This document shows, piece by piece, positions 41,171 through 51,324 of a stretch of 64,000 bases of DNA. The notes beneath the pieces were generated by a model that saw only the letters and a program-made list of their open reading frames with translations, was not told where the DNA came from and did not search any database. Where the stretch lies: IMG/VR virus record IMGVR_UViG_3300023687_000086; one strand, given 5' to 3'. The translations under genes and the position numbers were made by a program. This DNA comes from an uncultured virus (IMG/VR IMGVR_UViG_3300023687_000086) (lineage: Duplodnaviria > Heunggongvirae > Uroviricota > Caudoviricetes). The number at the start of each line of letters is the position of its first letter. Positions within the stretch are counted from its first letter, which is position 1.

Positions 41171-41279
41171 AACATCACCCACCTACTTTTCATCATTATT
41201 TTTGCTCTTTTTATTACGCTCTTCCAAATACTTTACACATTAGCAATGCGCTTTACTAACCAATGATTCCTTTAATTAA

Positions 41280-41618
41280 CTATTCAATAGGTTCTAAATA
41301 ATTTACTCTTTTGCCATGAGCTTTAGCATAATCGATCTCAGAACGCGTACTATCACCTATATAACCGCCGACGTTGATTACAAATATTTCATCTGCCATA
41401 TCAATCTTTCGCTTATGCATATCATCAAGCATTTCTTTGGTCTTGGTTAATGTTCCTTCATCCATATTCTCCCAGATCTCAGAATCTCCAGAATGTCCGA
41501 AGAGACCAACACTGATTACAATGTTGCCCTTCAGAGTAAGTCGTTTCTGTACTTCCATGAATTCATTTTTAAACCGTGTACTTCCACAAAGTGTTATTAC
41601 ATGATACTGTCCTTGCAT
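41280..41618 (-). CDS. Nucleoside deoxyribosyltransferase-like (DUF4406-type) protein
   Basis: ITLCGSTRF, HKRKIDMADEIFVINVGGYIGDSTRSEI. Confidence 0.65.
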   Translation of the reverse strand: MQGQYHVITLCGSTRFKNEFMEVQKRLTLKGNIVISVGLFGHSGDSEIWENMDEGTLTKTKEMLDDMHKRKIDMADEIFVINVGGYIGDSTRSEIDYAKAHGKRVNYLEPIE

Positions 41619-41701
41619 ATCGTGTTCTCCTAAAAATCCTATTTGCAACGTTCTTTGTACCAATTATTCATACGAGTAGTAAAGCGTCAATAGCCATAAC
41701 A

Positions 41702-42106
41702 TCAGCCATCCATTTTGGCCCAAATACATCTGTATGCAGACAATTTACGCTTTGCCCATTCTTTTTCGTCTTTTAACACATATTTGCCAAAAATTTTTAT
41801 ATAAGATGACCTCTTATGCCTCTTAAGAATCTCTTCCGTCAGTTCGTTTTGTTCAATACTCCGCTCAACAGCTTCTACACCCAATTTAGCGGAATACCTC
41901 TTTATATACCATCCATAACGGCTCCAGACGAGGCATTTAAGCCAGAACGGTATTCGTTCCATATTATGGATAGACTCCGGTTCTTTTAACATGACTGTGA
42001 ACTTGTAATCCGTAACCCAACCACAGATCTTAAATGCCACAAATATTGTAAATATAATCATACCAAACACAATAATTGCACTCACACAAAGCCTCCTAAA
42101 GACCAT
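41702..42106 (-). CDS. Membrane protein, paralog of 40799-41170
   Basis: TM then DYKFTVMLKEPESIHNMERIPFWLK. Confidence 0.6.
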   Translation of the reverse strand: MVFRRLCVSAIIVFGMIIFTIFVAFKICGWVTDYKFTVMLKEPESIHNMERIPFWLKCLVWSRYGWYIKRYSAKLGVEAVERSIEQNELTEEILKRHKRSSYIKIFGKYVLKDEKEWAKRKLSAYRCIWAKMDG

Positions 42107-42109
42107 TCT

Positions 42110-42589
42110 TTATTTCGATACAACAATACTTTCATCATAAGCCGTTTTCGGTTCATAAATTATAATCTCATTCTTGGCGTCCACGCCGATATGCCATTTG
42201 TCATCATATGACTCCACTACATTCCTATCATCCATACCATGCCATTCCGTTATATACGTCTGTTCGTCTCCATTATCATCGAGATAATTGATTGTCAGCC
42301 CAAACGACGAATCTACAGAAGTAATCTCTCTATTAGCAACGGTATTTTGAATCTCTTGTAGTTCATTCGAACGCTGCTCCTTTAAGTAGGATATTGATGA
42401 ATTTGTTAAAACCGTAGAAACTATCAATAATGCAACTGCAATTACAAATGTCTTCCATTTAAACGGCTCTTTGTGGTTCAATGGTAAAATTCTACAAATG
42501 AGATCGGCTCCAAAACCTATAACGGTAAAGCCACTAACAAACTCTACCACCATTCCGGTAACTATTAACATAATACATAATACTGTCAT
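42110..42589 (-). CDS. Membrane protein
   Basis: Two TM segments. Confidence 0.6.
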   Translation of the reverse strand: MTVLCIMLIVTGMVVEFVSGFTVIGFGADLICRILPLNHKEPFKWKTFVIAVALLIVSTVLTNSSISYLKEQRSNELQEIQNTVANREITSVDSSFGLTINYLDDNGDEQTYITEWHGMDDRNVVESYDDKWHIGVDAKNEIIIYEPKTAYDESIVVSK

Positions 42590-42837
42590 ACGAATCCTCC
42601 TAAATCCAAATATCGAACCATCGATAAAACACCCATTGCTGCAGCGCCGATAAAAGCGACCGTATATAATCCGACCTGTTTGATATTCCTATATGGAGTT
42701 CCTTTCCGTTTCATTCGATGAAACTCTATCAGCTCATCGCAAATTGTATATACGGAACCGATAATCACACCGATGCCGGCAATTGCGTATAGGACTGGGG
42801 CATTTATCAATTTTGTTATAATCTGGAGTAAATCCAT
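42586..42837 (-). CDS. Small membrane protein
   Basis: Two TM segments, ATGA coupling. Confidence 0.55.
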   Translation of the reverse strand: MDLLQIITKLINAPVLYAIAGIGVIIGSVYTICDELIEFHRMKRKGTPYRNIKQVGLYTVAFIGAAAMGVLSMVRYLDLGGFV

Positions 42838-42850
42838 TGTTTTACCCTTT

Positions 42851-43609
42851 CTATAGAACTCTGATTATCTGTTCGTAAACAAGCCGGTCTTTCTCATTGA
42901 AGTTGCGGTTATCGTGATGATGACCACAAAACCAATATTTATAGTCCGTTTTGATACGAACCTCTTCCAAAAACTCGTTTAATGCATCGACATTTGGTCT
43001 TTCGCCGCATAATGCGTAATACAGAGTTAAAGTGGATGTTGGCATATCATGCGTAACAATATAGTCAACCTTGTAATTCACTTTTGCGAGCGATTCTAAG
43101 CCGTGTGCCATTTCATCAGCGTTTGGCATTTCTTCCTTCCACCAGGAGACATGATTGATACGAAACAGTTTCGAATAGTCATGTCTCCACTCATGAATCC
43201 TTGGGTCACCGACTTCCAAAACGCCGTCTCTGATATCGTGGCTTCTAGCCCCGCCAAATACAAAGAACTTCTTTCCATTAATGTCATATACTTCGCCGCG
43301 CATCAAATGAATGACCGACGGACGGATCTTATGAACCCGGCCACCATGCCACATTTCAACCGGATACGCATTTAGTCGGTCGAAGTTTTCGTGATTTCCA
43401 TCACAAAAGAGCGTTGTAAACGACCTCTTATCAAGTTCGTCAAGATTCCACGTTTCCATCCTGCTTTCTTTATCCCGGTCCCAAGCCAAACCAAAATCTC
43501 CGCAGATGATGACATAGTCATCTTTTGTTAGTTTTTTTTGTTCCGGAAAGTTCTCCGTATTTAGTCTTGGGAATGGCTCTCCATGAATATCACCTGTTAC
43601 GAATACCAT
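42851..43609 (-). CDS. Calcineurin-like metallophosphoesterase
   Basis: TGDIHG, CGDFG, DGNHE, VTH, CGHHH. Confidence 0.9.
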   Translation of the reverse strand: MVFVTGDIHGEPFPRLNTENFPEQKKLTKDDYVIICGDFGLAWDRDKESRMETWNLDELDKRSFTTLFCDGNHENFDRLNAYPVEMWHGGRVHKIRPSVIHLMRGEVYDINGKKFFVFGGARSHDIRDGVLEVGDPRIHEWRHDYSKLFRINHVSWWKEEMPNADEMAHGLESLAKVNYKVDYIVTHDMPTSTLTLYYALCGERPNVDALNEFLEEVRIKTDYKYWFCGHHHDNRNFNEKDRLVYEQIIRVL

Positions 43610-43702
43610 TTCTATTTCCTCCTGCCGCCAAAAAAAAATGACGAATAATATAACTACCACAATTTTAGTCCTTTATACTTACATACAAAAAAGTATCACT
43701 AA

Positions 43703-43736
43703 TAATACGTATCATTCGATACTGTTTTGTGACAAA
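43703..43736 (-). promoter_or_regulatory. Class-2 34-bp motif, copy 3
   Basis: TAATACGTATCATT-CGATACTG-TTTTGTGACAAA (plus strand). Confidence 0.7.
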
Positions 43737-43772
43737 AAAGAGTACCGATGAAAATCAGTATTCCAAATTATC

Positions 43773-44942
43773 CTAAAGCATTTCTTCCAATAGAGAATAG
43801 TTTTTATGAGTTCGCGGATCGTATTTCTTATCTACAATGGCATCACAGTTTCTAATCACGATGCAGTCTGTTCTTTTTAAACGCTCAACGGACTTTGCAT
43901 CTAAACTTTCGAAAGTCTCTAAGTAACTTTGTGTATTTATATTGCTTCCACCAAAATACACGATATTGTCCGACATTCTTCTTAAGAGCGCAGCATAACT
44001 TCTGCCGTAAAAAGACACTAGTTCGTCCAAATCTGATGCTACGATGTCAAAAGATACGTCGTACAGATGATTTGCTTCTACTGCCAATGGAAGACTATCA
44101 ACTATTCCAATAAGATCCAAACTATCAAGTACAAATCTTACTGGCACACTATTAGCACGAGAAAAGCAGCATTTAGTAGCCTGTTCGATAGCAACGGCTC
44201 CAATTCCCCTGATGGCATGGTCTGGAGCAATAAGATATAATACCGTTTTCTTTTGCCCGATCGTCTCAAAACCTAACTCATCATCCGCAAAAAGCGGTTT
44301 ATAGTATCTTGGCAGCGCGCCCTTTAGTGAGCTTAAATAAACAAAGCTAATGTCCCTAAATTCTCTAATAATATGACAAGATGCTTTAATCGGCGCCTTA
44401 GTAAATGTCATATAATAATCAAGCGCAGCACTTGCTGGATTCTTCTTTCTTACGGCTTCCGCTAATTCTTCGAACGGCGATTCCCAATTCACATTTGTGA
44501 ACATTTCATACATGGTCAAAAGACTAGCATCATCTCCATACACTTCTTTAATACCAATAATCAAGAAAGACAGAAGATTCTTCTTAGCATTAAAAAAGTA
44601 CTCATCAGAAGCATTCAATTCGTGTTTAACCAGCGTTTCCGCCATTAATTCCGCATCATATTCCTCGTGAATATATACGAATGGGTTATAATGCATGGAC
44701 TCTTCTGGCCGCATAAAATCAAGCACACGAATGTCATAACCGTTCTTATCAAACATATGTCTTGTTTTTGCATACAGCTCTCCTTTTGGATCCGCGATAA
44801 CGTAACTACCATCCATTTGCATTAGATTTGGGATTATGTAATTAAGCGTCTTTCCAGTTCCGGTACGACCAAGCACCAATGTATTATGGCAATTCGCATG
44901 TCCAATTAGATTTTTCGATAAAATCGGTTCCTTCATTTTCAT
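43773..44942 (-). CDS. VirD4/TraG-like coupling-protein homolog, lacking N-terminal TM and with degenerate Walker B
   Basis: NTLVLGRTGTGKT..YIIPNL, DPKGEL, YNPF; VRFVLDSL instead of LDEF. Confidence 0.75.
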   Translation of the reverse strand: MKMKEPILSKNLIGHANCHNTLVLGRTGTGKTLNYIIPNLMQMDGSYVIADPKGELYAKTRHMFDKNGYDIRVLDFMRPEESMHYNPFVYIHEEYDAELMAETLVKHELNASDEYFFNAKKNLLSFLIIGIKEVYGDDASLLTMYEMFTNVNWESPFEELAEAVRKKNPASAALDYYMTFTKAPIKASCHIIREFRDISFVYLSSLKGALPRYYKPLFADDELGFETIGQKKTVLYLIAPDHAIRGIGAVAIEQATKCCFSRANSVPVRFVLDSLDLIGIVDSLPLAVEANHLYDVSFDIVASDLDELVSFYGRSYAALLRRMSDNIVYFGGSNINTQSYLETFESLDAKSVERLKRTDCIVIRNCDAIVDKKYDPRTHKNYSLLEEML

Positions 44943-45044
44943 TCGTTCAATATCCTTTCTGCTATACATATATCTTTGATAAAATATGACACGCATTTTT
45001 GTAAACAAAAAAAAAGAACGGCCATTTCTGACCGCTCTTTTCGA

Positions 45045-45263
45045 TTAAACCAATAATTGGCTTTCTTTGTAATATCTTGCACTAACAACCGGTGTCGTGT
45101 AAAAATAAGTACCGCCCTCAACAGCAAACATCATTGGAGCTCCAGGAATCGGAGTTGGCAAACCACCAATGTACTTCTTTCTTCCAGAAACTTTGCCTCC
45201 GGATACGTGGCCACCTTTGAATGTATAAGTAGATCCACTCTCTGTTTTTACTGTTAATCCCAT
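45045..45263 (-). CDS. Small hypothetical protein
   Basis: MGLTVKTESGSTYTF...TTPVV; RBS GAAAGGAG. Confidence 0.6.
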   Translation of the reverse strand: MGLTVKTESGSTYTFKGGHVSGGKVSGRKKYIGGLPTPIPGAPMMFAVEGGTYFYTTPVVSARYYKESQLLV

Positions 45264-45367
45264 GTTGTTTCTCCTTTCATGTATGGAAATTAGTTTTGAT
45301 ACTTTAAATATGGCGCATCCATAAAGGCGTAAAAAAAAAGACCCACATCTGTGAGTCTTTTCCTTCG

Positions 45368-46762
45368 TTACAATGAGTAGCATTTTCTGGTTTCAATCTC
45401 GAATGCATCATAAAACAATACACGTTCCGGCTTAGAAATCGAAGCTACTGTTCTACCAACAAGGTTCGTAGATTCAAGCGCCTTTTCATAGGATTCTTCG
45501 TATACGCTCTTATACTTTTCGAACGTATATGGCTTTGCTTCGTACTTTTTGCCGTTGATGATAAGGTCGTCAATGCCTTTTCCAAAATCCGGATCCCAGA
45601 TGACATACAACGTATCTTTGGATGCCTTCTTTTTGATATAATCGCCAAGAGCAATTCCGGCCTTATACACGGTTCCATTCCGCAACTGATCCGCATCATA
45701 AAATACATAGATCTGCTTGATAAAGGTATTTGTAATTGCTTCGATATCCTTGATATCCTTCTCGATGCCGGCATAGTTGTTTACTCCTTGAACCGACATA
45801 GTAATGAAGCCCTGCATTGCAACAAGTTCCGCTTTAAATCGGCCCTCCATGATAGCAACCTTTCCGTTCCAATCGGCCGGAATGATGATATCAATTGGGG
45901 TTCCTACCGTATTTCCGCCTCTCATGTACTTGCTCTTTGAAGGTACCTTGTAACTAAAATACTTGTAACGAACATCCGCATCTTCATCTTTGTCACGAAT
46001 CTGAATAGCTACCACTTGTCCGGCTGCATTTCGAAGTAAGATTCCAATTGCATCATACTCAAAACAAGTAATCTGCCAACGTTCCCGATCTTTCGCCTCG
46101 AAAAACCCTGGGATATCTACGAGCTTGTCAGCATATTCTGGGAAATTTGATTTTAGATCAAACACCAGGCGGCTAATGACTCTTGGATCCTTTGTGTTAA
46201 TACTAAAGTAATCCTTTAAACGTTCTTCCGATATGTGACGAATCTCTCGTAGCGTCTGTTCGTCCTCTTCCAATAAGCCGAACCAATCACGAACGAATTC
46301 ATAAATTTCGGTCCACATAGAAAGTGTCTCTGATGACGGGCGTTTCTTTGCACGTTCTTTGATTACTTTTACTTCCTTACCAAGCTTTTCATATTCCATA
46401 CCGATAAGGCTAGAATATGTCTTGGCGTCAATCAAATTGAAGTCACAAGCAATTTGCAGAACGGTTTCGACGTACGTCTTTTTCCAGATCTTCTTCATGG
46501 AATTAATGGAATTGCCACCTTGATTACAAGCATAACACCAGCACGTATTCTTTTCGGTATCCATGGAAAAGGAACCAATATGCTCATCCATATGAAATGG
46601 ACAAAGGGCCAAGATACGGCTTCCAGTGTGTCGAACCGGTTCTACTCCGTAGCGAGATAATACCGCATCGATTGGAAGAGCCTGAACTTCCTGGATAATC
46701 ATATCAAGCTGATCATCTTCAGCAAGATCCCATCCTTGCTTTATCATTTCGCTTCTATTCAT
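45368..46762 (-). CDS. DNA primase-like protein (CHC2 zinc finger + TOPRIM)
   Basis: CPFH...CYAC, IMEGRFKA, FYDAD, KGIDD. Confidence 0.8.
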   Translation of the reverse strand: MNRSEMIKQGWDLAEDDQLDMIIQEVQALPIDAVLSRYGVEPVRHTGSRILALCPFHMDEHIGSFSMDTEKNTCWCYACNQGGNSINSMKKIWKKTYVETVLQIACDFNLIDAKTYSSLIGMEYEKLGKEVKVIKERAKKRPSSETLSMWTEIYEFVRDWFGLLEEDEQTLREIRHISEERLKDYFSINTKDPRVISRLVFDLKSNFPEYADKLVDIPGFFEAKDRERWQITCFEYDAIGILLRNAAGQVVAIQIRDKDEDADVRYKYFSYKVPSKSKYMRGGNTVGTPIDIIIPADWNGKVAIMEGRFKAELVAMQGFITMSVQGVNNYAGIEKDIKDIEAITNTFIKQIYVFYDADQLRNGTVYKAGIALGDYIKKKASKDTLYVIWDPDFGKGIDDLIINGKKYEAKPYTFEKYKSVYEESYEKALESTNLVGRTVASISKPERVLFYDAFEIETRKCYSL

Positions 46763-46873
46763 ATTCTTTACTCCTTTCGATATAGAAACTTATGTTTTCG
46801 CACTTAAATATGTGCGGATAATTGAGAATCAAAAAAAATAGACCGGAGTTCTTCCGATCTATTTCTTTTAAAA

Positions 46874-48523
46874 CTATTCTTTTACCAATGTTCGATTCCA
46901 AGACGGGTCGCTTTCTACGTTTATGTATATAGTACCGTCTTCGTTTGGCGTAATTGTAAAGGTATAATCCAAACCAGGTGATTCCTCTTCACTAAATCCA
47001 AGGTATTCTGCATTAACATGCGCTTCATAGTGGTCACCAACTTTTGAAAAATTGCCGGCCTCATCGCCAATGCCAATGAAGCCACTGTCTTTGGTATCGA
47101 ATCGGATCAGTATTGTTGACCCATTATCTCCTCCAGTCGGATTCGTCCAAGACCCAATTAAATTGAATTCTTCTTCGTCGACGATTGTGGTATCGGATTC
47201 GACGACAGATTCTGAATCGTCCATTCGAACGCTTGTTTTCTCGATACCTTCTAATGAATCTACCGGCTTAGTATCAATACTACTATATACAAAATAGTAA
47301 CGATCATTTATTGTCGTTTGATAAATAAGATCATAGTATACCCTATCGTCAGACTCCATGACATTTGGAGTTGAGTGTTCGGAAAAATAGTCTTCGCCAT
47401 AGTTCTCGAGCCATTCTCGATATATTTTTTCCGTGTATACCATTATATCATAATCGTTTCCCCAGCCGTAACCACGCCAAAAATCATCCGGATCACCATC
47501 CCAGTCCGTATTTATGTCTCGAACAACTTCTTTCTCTAACGTTCGACAGGCCTCTTCATAACGCTCCTCTATAAGAAGCTCGTATACGAGTTCGCGTACG
47601 TCCGGCTCATTTTGATTTATTACCACAGCTGCGCCAATAGATCCGGCAGCAACCACTCCGGCCGTACCAATCGCAATCACTTTTGTGCTCACAGTTTTGC
47701 CAGCCACTGTTATGGATTTCGAGAAAAAGGCCTTAATTGTGGCCAATATACCCTTCGGAGCGGCTTTCGTTGCAACATTAGCGGCCACAAATGCTGCTCC
47801 GGTAACAGGTAACGTAGCAGCCTCTGCTTCGACACTTGTATGGAACATTGCAAGTACGAATACAATAGCTGCACCATGAATCTTGATACCTCTGGATTTC
47901 TCAATTTCTAGGATCTTCTTTTTCGCCTTTGCCTTACCCTGGTTCACATAACTTTTTACGGTATTCACGGACACACCATACACGTCCGCGATTTCCGTTT
48001 GCTTATATCCCTGCAAGAACTGCATAATAAGAGCTTCTCTTTGTTCCGTAGTTAATGTATCAAGCACTTCTTTTACAATTTCATCGACACTTTCTTTTTC
48101 GAACAACAAAGCGTCCGGGCGCTTATAAAACTCGTTCAAAGCGTACATGATTTGGTCGTCGGAATCCAATTCATCCAAAATATTTAGCTCTTCTTCGTCG
48201 CCATTTTCTACCGGCTTAATAATCGATTCCGCATTGATACGTTTCTTGGCTTCTCTGGCCTGGATCATATCCGTCGCTGCATTTCTGGCCGCATTTTTAA
48301 CATAAGACCCAAAATTCGTGATATCCTCGCCAGCCTGTAACTTAGCGAAGCACTTTACAAAAGCCTCTTGCGTTGCATCTTCGCGGTCTTCAGCGGTCCC
48401 AAGATGCTCAGTGCCAGAATACGCGTGCTTATAATAGGCTTCATATAAATACGCAAACGCTTCCTGATCGCCAGTTTTGGCTCGTTTTAGCATTTCGTTT
48501 GCTTTATCATAATCAAAGTTCAT
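46874..48523 (-). CDS. ECF-type sigma factor fused to TM segments and an extracytoplasmic domain
   Basis: Region 2 (DREDATQEAFVK...NAARNAATD), region 4 (GYKQTEIADVYGVSVNTVKSY), then hydrophobic segments and about 240-aa acidic tail. Confidence 0.85.
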   Translation of the reverse strand: MNFDYDKANEMLKRAKTGDQEAFAYLYEAYYKHAYSGTEHLGTAEDREDATQEAFVKCFAKLQAGEDITNFGSYVKNAARNAATDMIQAREAKKRINAESIIKPVENGDEEELNILDELDSDDQIMYALNEFYKRPDALLFEKESVDEIVKEVLDTLTTEQREALIMQFLQGYKQTEIADVYGVSVNTVKSYVNQGKAKAKKKILEIEKSRGIKIHGAAIVFVLAMFHTSVEAEAATLPVTGAAFVAANVATKAAPKGILATIKAFFSKSITVAGKTVSTKVIAIGTAGVVAAGSIGAAVVINQNEPDVRELVYELLIEERYEEACRTLEKEVVRDINTDWDGDPDDFWRGYGWGNDYDIMVYTEKIYREWLENYGEDYFSEHSTPNVMESDDRVYYDLIYQTTINDRYYFVYSSIDTKPVDSLEGIEKTSVRMDDSESVVESDTTIVDEEEFNLIGSWTNPTGGDNGSTILIRFDTKDSGFIGIGDEAGNFSKVGDHYEAHVNAEYLGFSEEESPGLDYTFTITPNEDGTIYINVESDPSWNRTLVKE

Positions 48524-48692
48524 TCATTTTTAACCTTTCTTTTAGTTTATTCCATGTTCGTTCCTTTTGAATCGGATTCTGCGCCTCTTGTATCGCTTGC
48601 ATTCGATACAAAACAAAGAACTTCGTCAGTGGGCCGTATTCGTTTGAACGCAAAAATTCATTTAACGTCATCGATTTGATGTCTCCATTCAT
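48513..48692 (-). CDS. Small hypothetical protein (59 aa) upstream of sigma gene
   Basis: Open frame MNGDIKSMTLNEF..., overlapping sigma start. Confidence 0.4.
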   Translation of the reverse strand: MNGDIKSMTLNEFLRSNEYGPLTKFFVLYRMQAIQEAQNPIQKERTWNKLKERLKMNEL

Positions 48693-48710
48693 ATAGTCAC
48701 CGCCTTTCTA

Positions 48711-48745
48711 TTATTAAGACGATAAATCGATTCGAATGGTTTTAC
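48711..48745 (-). promoter_or_regulatory. Candidate ECF autoregulatory promoter
   Basis: Minus strand GTAAAAC-17-CGTC-TTAATA, like SigM/SigV/SigW AAAC-N16/17-CGT. Confidence 0.5.
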
Positions 48746-49110
48746 TTATTCGTTTTGTCGAAATTATGTAACATCAAATCAAACAGACCAGTAGCCTGCA
48801 TAGCTTTGACAAGTATTCTTTGATCTTCTTCACTCATCTTTACATACTTTTCACTAAAATCCCTTAGATTCTCGTCTACAGGTGTTTTTGTTATTACTAC
48901 TAAACTACGAACAAGATTTTCCAAATGTTTTCTTTCATCTGCCTTTATTGAGGCTTCTTTCTTGCCGTAACCTGTGCGGAGCCAATTCGGGTTTACGTCG
49001 TACGCCTTACAAAACTCATGAATTAGTTGTTCATTCGGCTCGGATTTGCTGTTTTCGTCCATTACCTGCTTCATTCGTTCATATATATTTACATTGCTAT
49101 TTTCTTGCAT
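48742..49110 (-). CDS. Truncated XRE/phage-repressor-like protein
   Basis: FCKAYDVNPNWLRTGYG, typical of the XRE domain end. Confidence 0.55.
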   Translation of the reverse strand: MQENSNVNIYERMKQVMDENSKSEPNEQLIHEFCKAYDVNPNWLRTGYGKKEASIKADERKHLENLVRSLVVITKTPVDENLRDFSEKYVKMSEEDQRILVKAMQATGLFDLMLHNFDKTNK

Positions 49111-49180
49111 ACCACCCTCCTCTTTTGTCCCTTATTATATACGAATAGAGGCTCATTGTGTGAGCCCCTACCCCTATATC

Positions 49181-50227
49181 CTATAAATCTTCCCAGAAGT
49201 ACTTTTCAATCAGTGCGTTTACATCCGCTCTATGTGCTTCTGACAAATGCGCGTACATCTTTTTTACCTTTGAAAGACCATTACGAGCGCAATTATCGTC
49301 AATCTTAATATCCGGTTTGATATCCTCATTCGGCTCGGATGTCGCTACCTCTGTATTATCATTTTCGTTTATTTGCAACACCGTATCAGACGGTGCGTCA
49401 TCTTCAGTAACCCTTGCATTATTCGTGTCGTGAATGAAACTTAATATGCTTTCCTTTGATACTGTAAAATCATCTTCCGACATGATTCTAGTTCTGAATG
49501 TATTCGCATCGACGTTCAATACCAAAGCAAATGCTTTTGCCATAGGCTCAGACATAGGATATTCGAACCTAAGCAGCTGGTTACCACTTGTTGATGCCTT
49601 CCCTACAGCCACACTAAATGGCGCCATTGGAACCTGATATTTACGCTTAACAATACTGAGATTGTAATTGCCGATGTAGTTATTAATGGTTCGATCGAAC
49701 ATTGTTAAATACTCTTTTTCGCTAATTAGTCCCTTTCGAGACAATTCGCTTCCGAGCAAACAGAACACCTTAAGTGTCATACTATACTTTTCAGTACGAT
49801 ACGCGCTAAACGTGGTAGTTCCACACTTTGTGATATTTTCAATCTTACTACCAGACATTTTTAGATGCTTCTCTAACCATCGTGCGAAAAGTCTAGCTAC
49901 CTTCAACTGGTAATCCTTTGGAAGTGTGTGATACTTAGCATATGCGTTTCGATACAACGCCATTGATGAAGATACGCTATTTGCCTCTACATCCTGGTTC
50001 TTAATCGGAGTGGCAAGCTGCACACCATTTGTGAACATTACGACAGATACCTGAAACGCCTTACTAAGGTTCTCAATCTCTTCGACGGTAGGTTCTTCTC
50101 TATCTGCTAAAAGATCATACAAACGACGTTCCGCAATGCCGCTTCTTTGTGCTAAATCCGTTGAACTAAGACAATTTGCATTTTTCCATGTTTTTAAACT
50201 CTGGCCAAATGATACCATTTTATACAC
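49181..50227 (-). CDS. XRE-family HTH regulator (multi-HTH)
   Basis: FGQSLKTWK...LSSTDLAQRSGI...EPTVEEIENLSKAF. Confidence 0.7.
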   Translation of the reverse strand: MYKMVSFGQSLKTWKNANCLSSTDLAQRSGIAERRLYDLLADREEPTVEEIENLSKAFQVSVVMFTNGVQLATPIKNQDVEANSVSSSMALYRNAYAKYHTLPKDYQLKVARLFARWLEKHLKMSGSKIENITKCGTTTFSAYRTEKYSMTLKVFCLLGSELSRKGLISEKEYLTMFDRTINNYIGNYNLSIVKRKYQVPMAPFSVAVGKASTSGNQLLRFEYPMSEPMAKAFALVLNVDANTFRTRIMSEDDFTVSKESILSFIHDTNNARVTEDDAPSDTVLQINENDNTEVATSEPNEDIKPDIKIDDNCARNGLSKVKKMYAHLSEAHRADVNALIEKYFWEDL

Positions 50228-50260
50228 CTTTCTTTTGCAAAATCATACTTCTCTACCAAT

Positions 50261-50294
50261 TAAAACGTATCATTAGGTCTTATTTTGTGACAAA
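50261..50294 (-). promoter_or_regulatory. Class-2 34-bp motif, copy 4
   Basis: TAAAACGTATCATT-AGGTCTTA-TTTTGTGACAAA (plus strand). Confidence 0.7.
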
Positions 50295-50398
50295 AAAAAA
50301 AGAAGCCCAAAAGTGAGCTCCTTTTCTTGATTACGATTCAATTAACACATCCAATAACTCGGACACAGCGGTCTTGAAATCTTCGATCCATTCACGCA

Positions 50399-50560
50399 CT
50401 AACAAACACCTGCCTTTCGTTTAGCTTTTACCCAGGCATCGTACTGTTCAATGGTTAGATTTAATGAAAATGTACCATCTTTGTTTTCATGGACGCTTGC
50501 TCCAGACCGACTTGCACATATATCTGCAAATGCCTTAATTGGGAATACTACCGTTCTCAT
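50399..50560 (-). CDS. Small hypothetical protein (53 aa)
   Basis: ATGA coupling, RBS AAGGAGG. Confidence 0.5.
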   Translation of the reverse strand: MRTVVFPIKAFADICASRSGASVHENKDGTFSLNLTIEQYDAWVKAKRKAGVC

Positions 50561-50772
50561 ACAGCCGCCTCCTTTGAATCGTCCTGGTAGATTTCTACAT
50601 AGAACTCATTTTTTCCAGATGGTCGCACAAAAATAACATTCTCATTATTGTACTTAGGGTCGATTGAATCTCGTCCGTCATAGTGCGCAATCTCGGTTCC
50701 ATTCTGATCTGCGAGAATAATCGCAACAGACTCACTAGTTACACGAAATAACATTTCTACTGTAAAATCCAT
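50557..50772 (-). CDS. Hypothetical protein
   Basis: ORF with RBS. Confidence 0.55.
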   Translation of the reverse strand: MDFTVEMLFRVTSESVAIILADQNGTEIAHYDGRDSIDPKYNNENVIFVRPSGKNEFYVEIYQDDSKEAAV

Positions 50773-50776
50773 TATC

Positions 50777-51022
50777 TTAGTTCTCCTCTTCTACATCTTC
50801 AACCGTAATGTGTTCCGGCTTATAATTGGTTCCAAAGAATATGTTCTGGCAATCGAAGCAATAACCGGATTTGATTAACTCATGTTCTGCTGGATTGTAA
50901 TCCGGGAACGCATCCTGAATCGTTATTCCATATGCATATAAGTACTTAGTAAATCCGATATCATCAACCTGTACTATCATTGTTCGGTTACACTTTGGAC
51001 ATTTTTTAAAAACCTCTCTCAT
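50777..51022 (-). CDS. Small zinc-binding protein
   Basis: CPKC...IQDAFP...CFDCQ. Confidence 0.6.
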   Translation of the reverse strand: MREVFKKCPKCNRTMIVQVDDIGFTKYLYAYGITIQDAFPDYNPAEHELIKSGYCFDCQNIFFGTNYKPEHITVEDVEEEN

Positions 51023-51129
51023 ATTCATTCTCCTTTCATATATGAGACTTTGTTACGTCCTTAAATATGGGATGTAAATATAGATAAAAAAAAGACACCC
51101 CATATAACCAACGGGATGTCCTTTCTTTG

Positions 51130-51324
51130 TTAGAACGGCAATGAAAACGTATCTTCGATCAGTTCCTGTAACTCGGTTAAACATACTGGACAAATATTTG
51201 TCTCCATGCCACCGCCACTAAAATACTCCATCTCTAAATGATGAACGTTCACTAGGGACTTACCGCAATACAGGCACTGGTTTTCGCCTGGCAATTCTTT
51301 GATTCGGAACTGATTCTTACTCAT
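51130..51324 (-). CDS. Small zinc-ribbon protein
   Basis: CLYC...CPVC. Confidence 0.55.
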   Translation of the reverse strand: MSKNQFRIKELPGENQCLYCGKSLVNVHHLEMEYFSGGGMETNICPVCLTELQELIEDTFSLPF

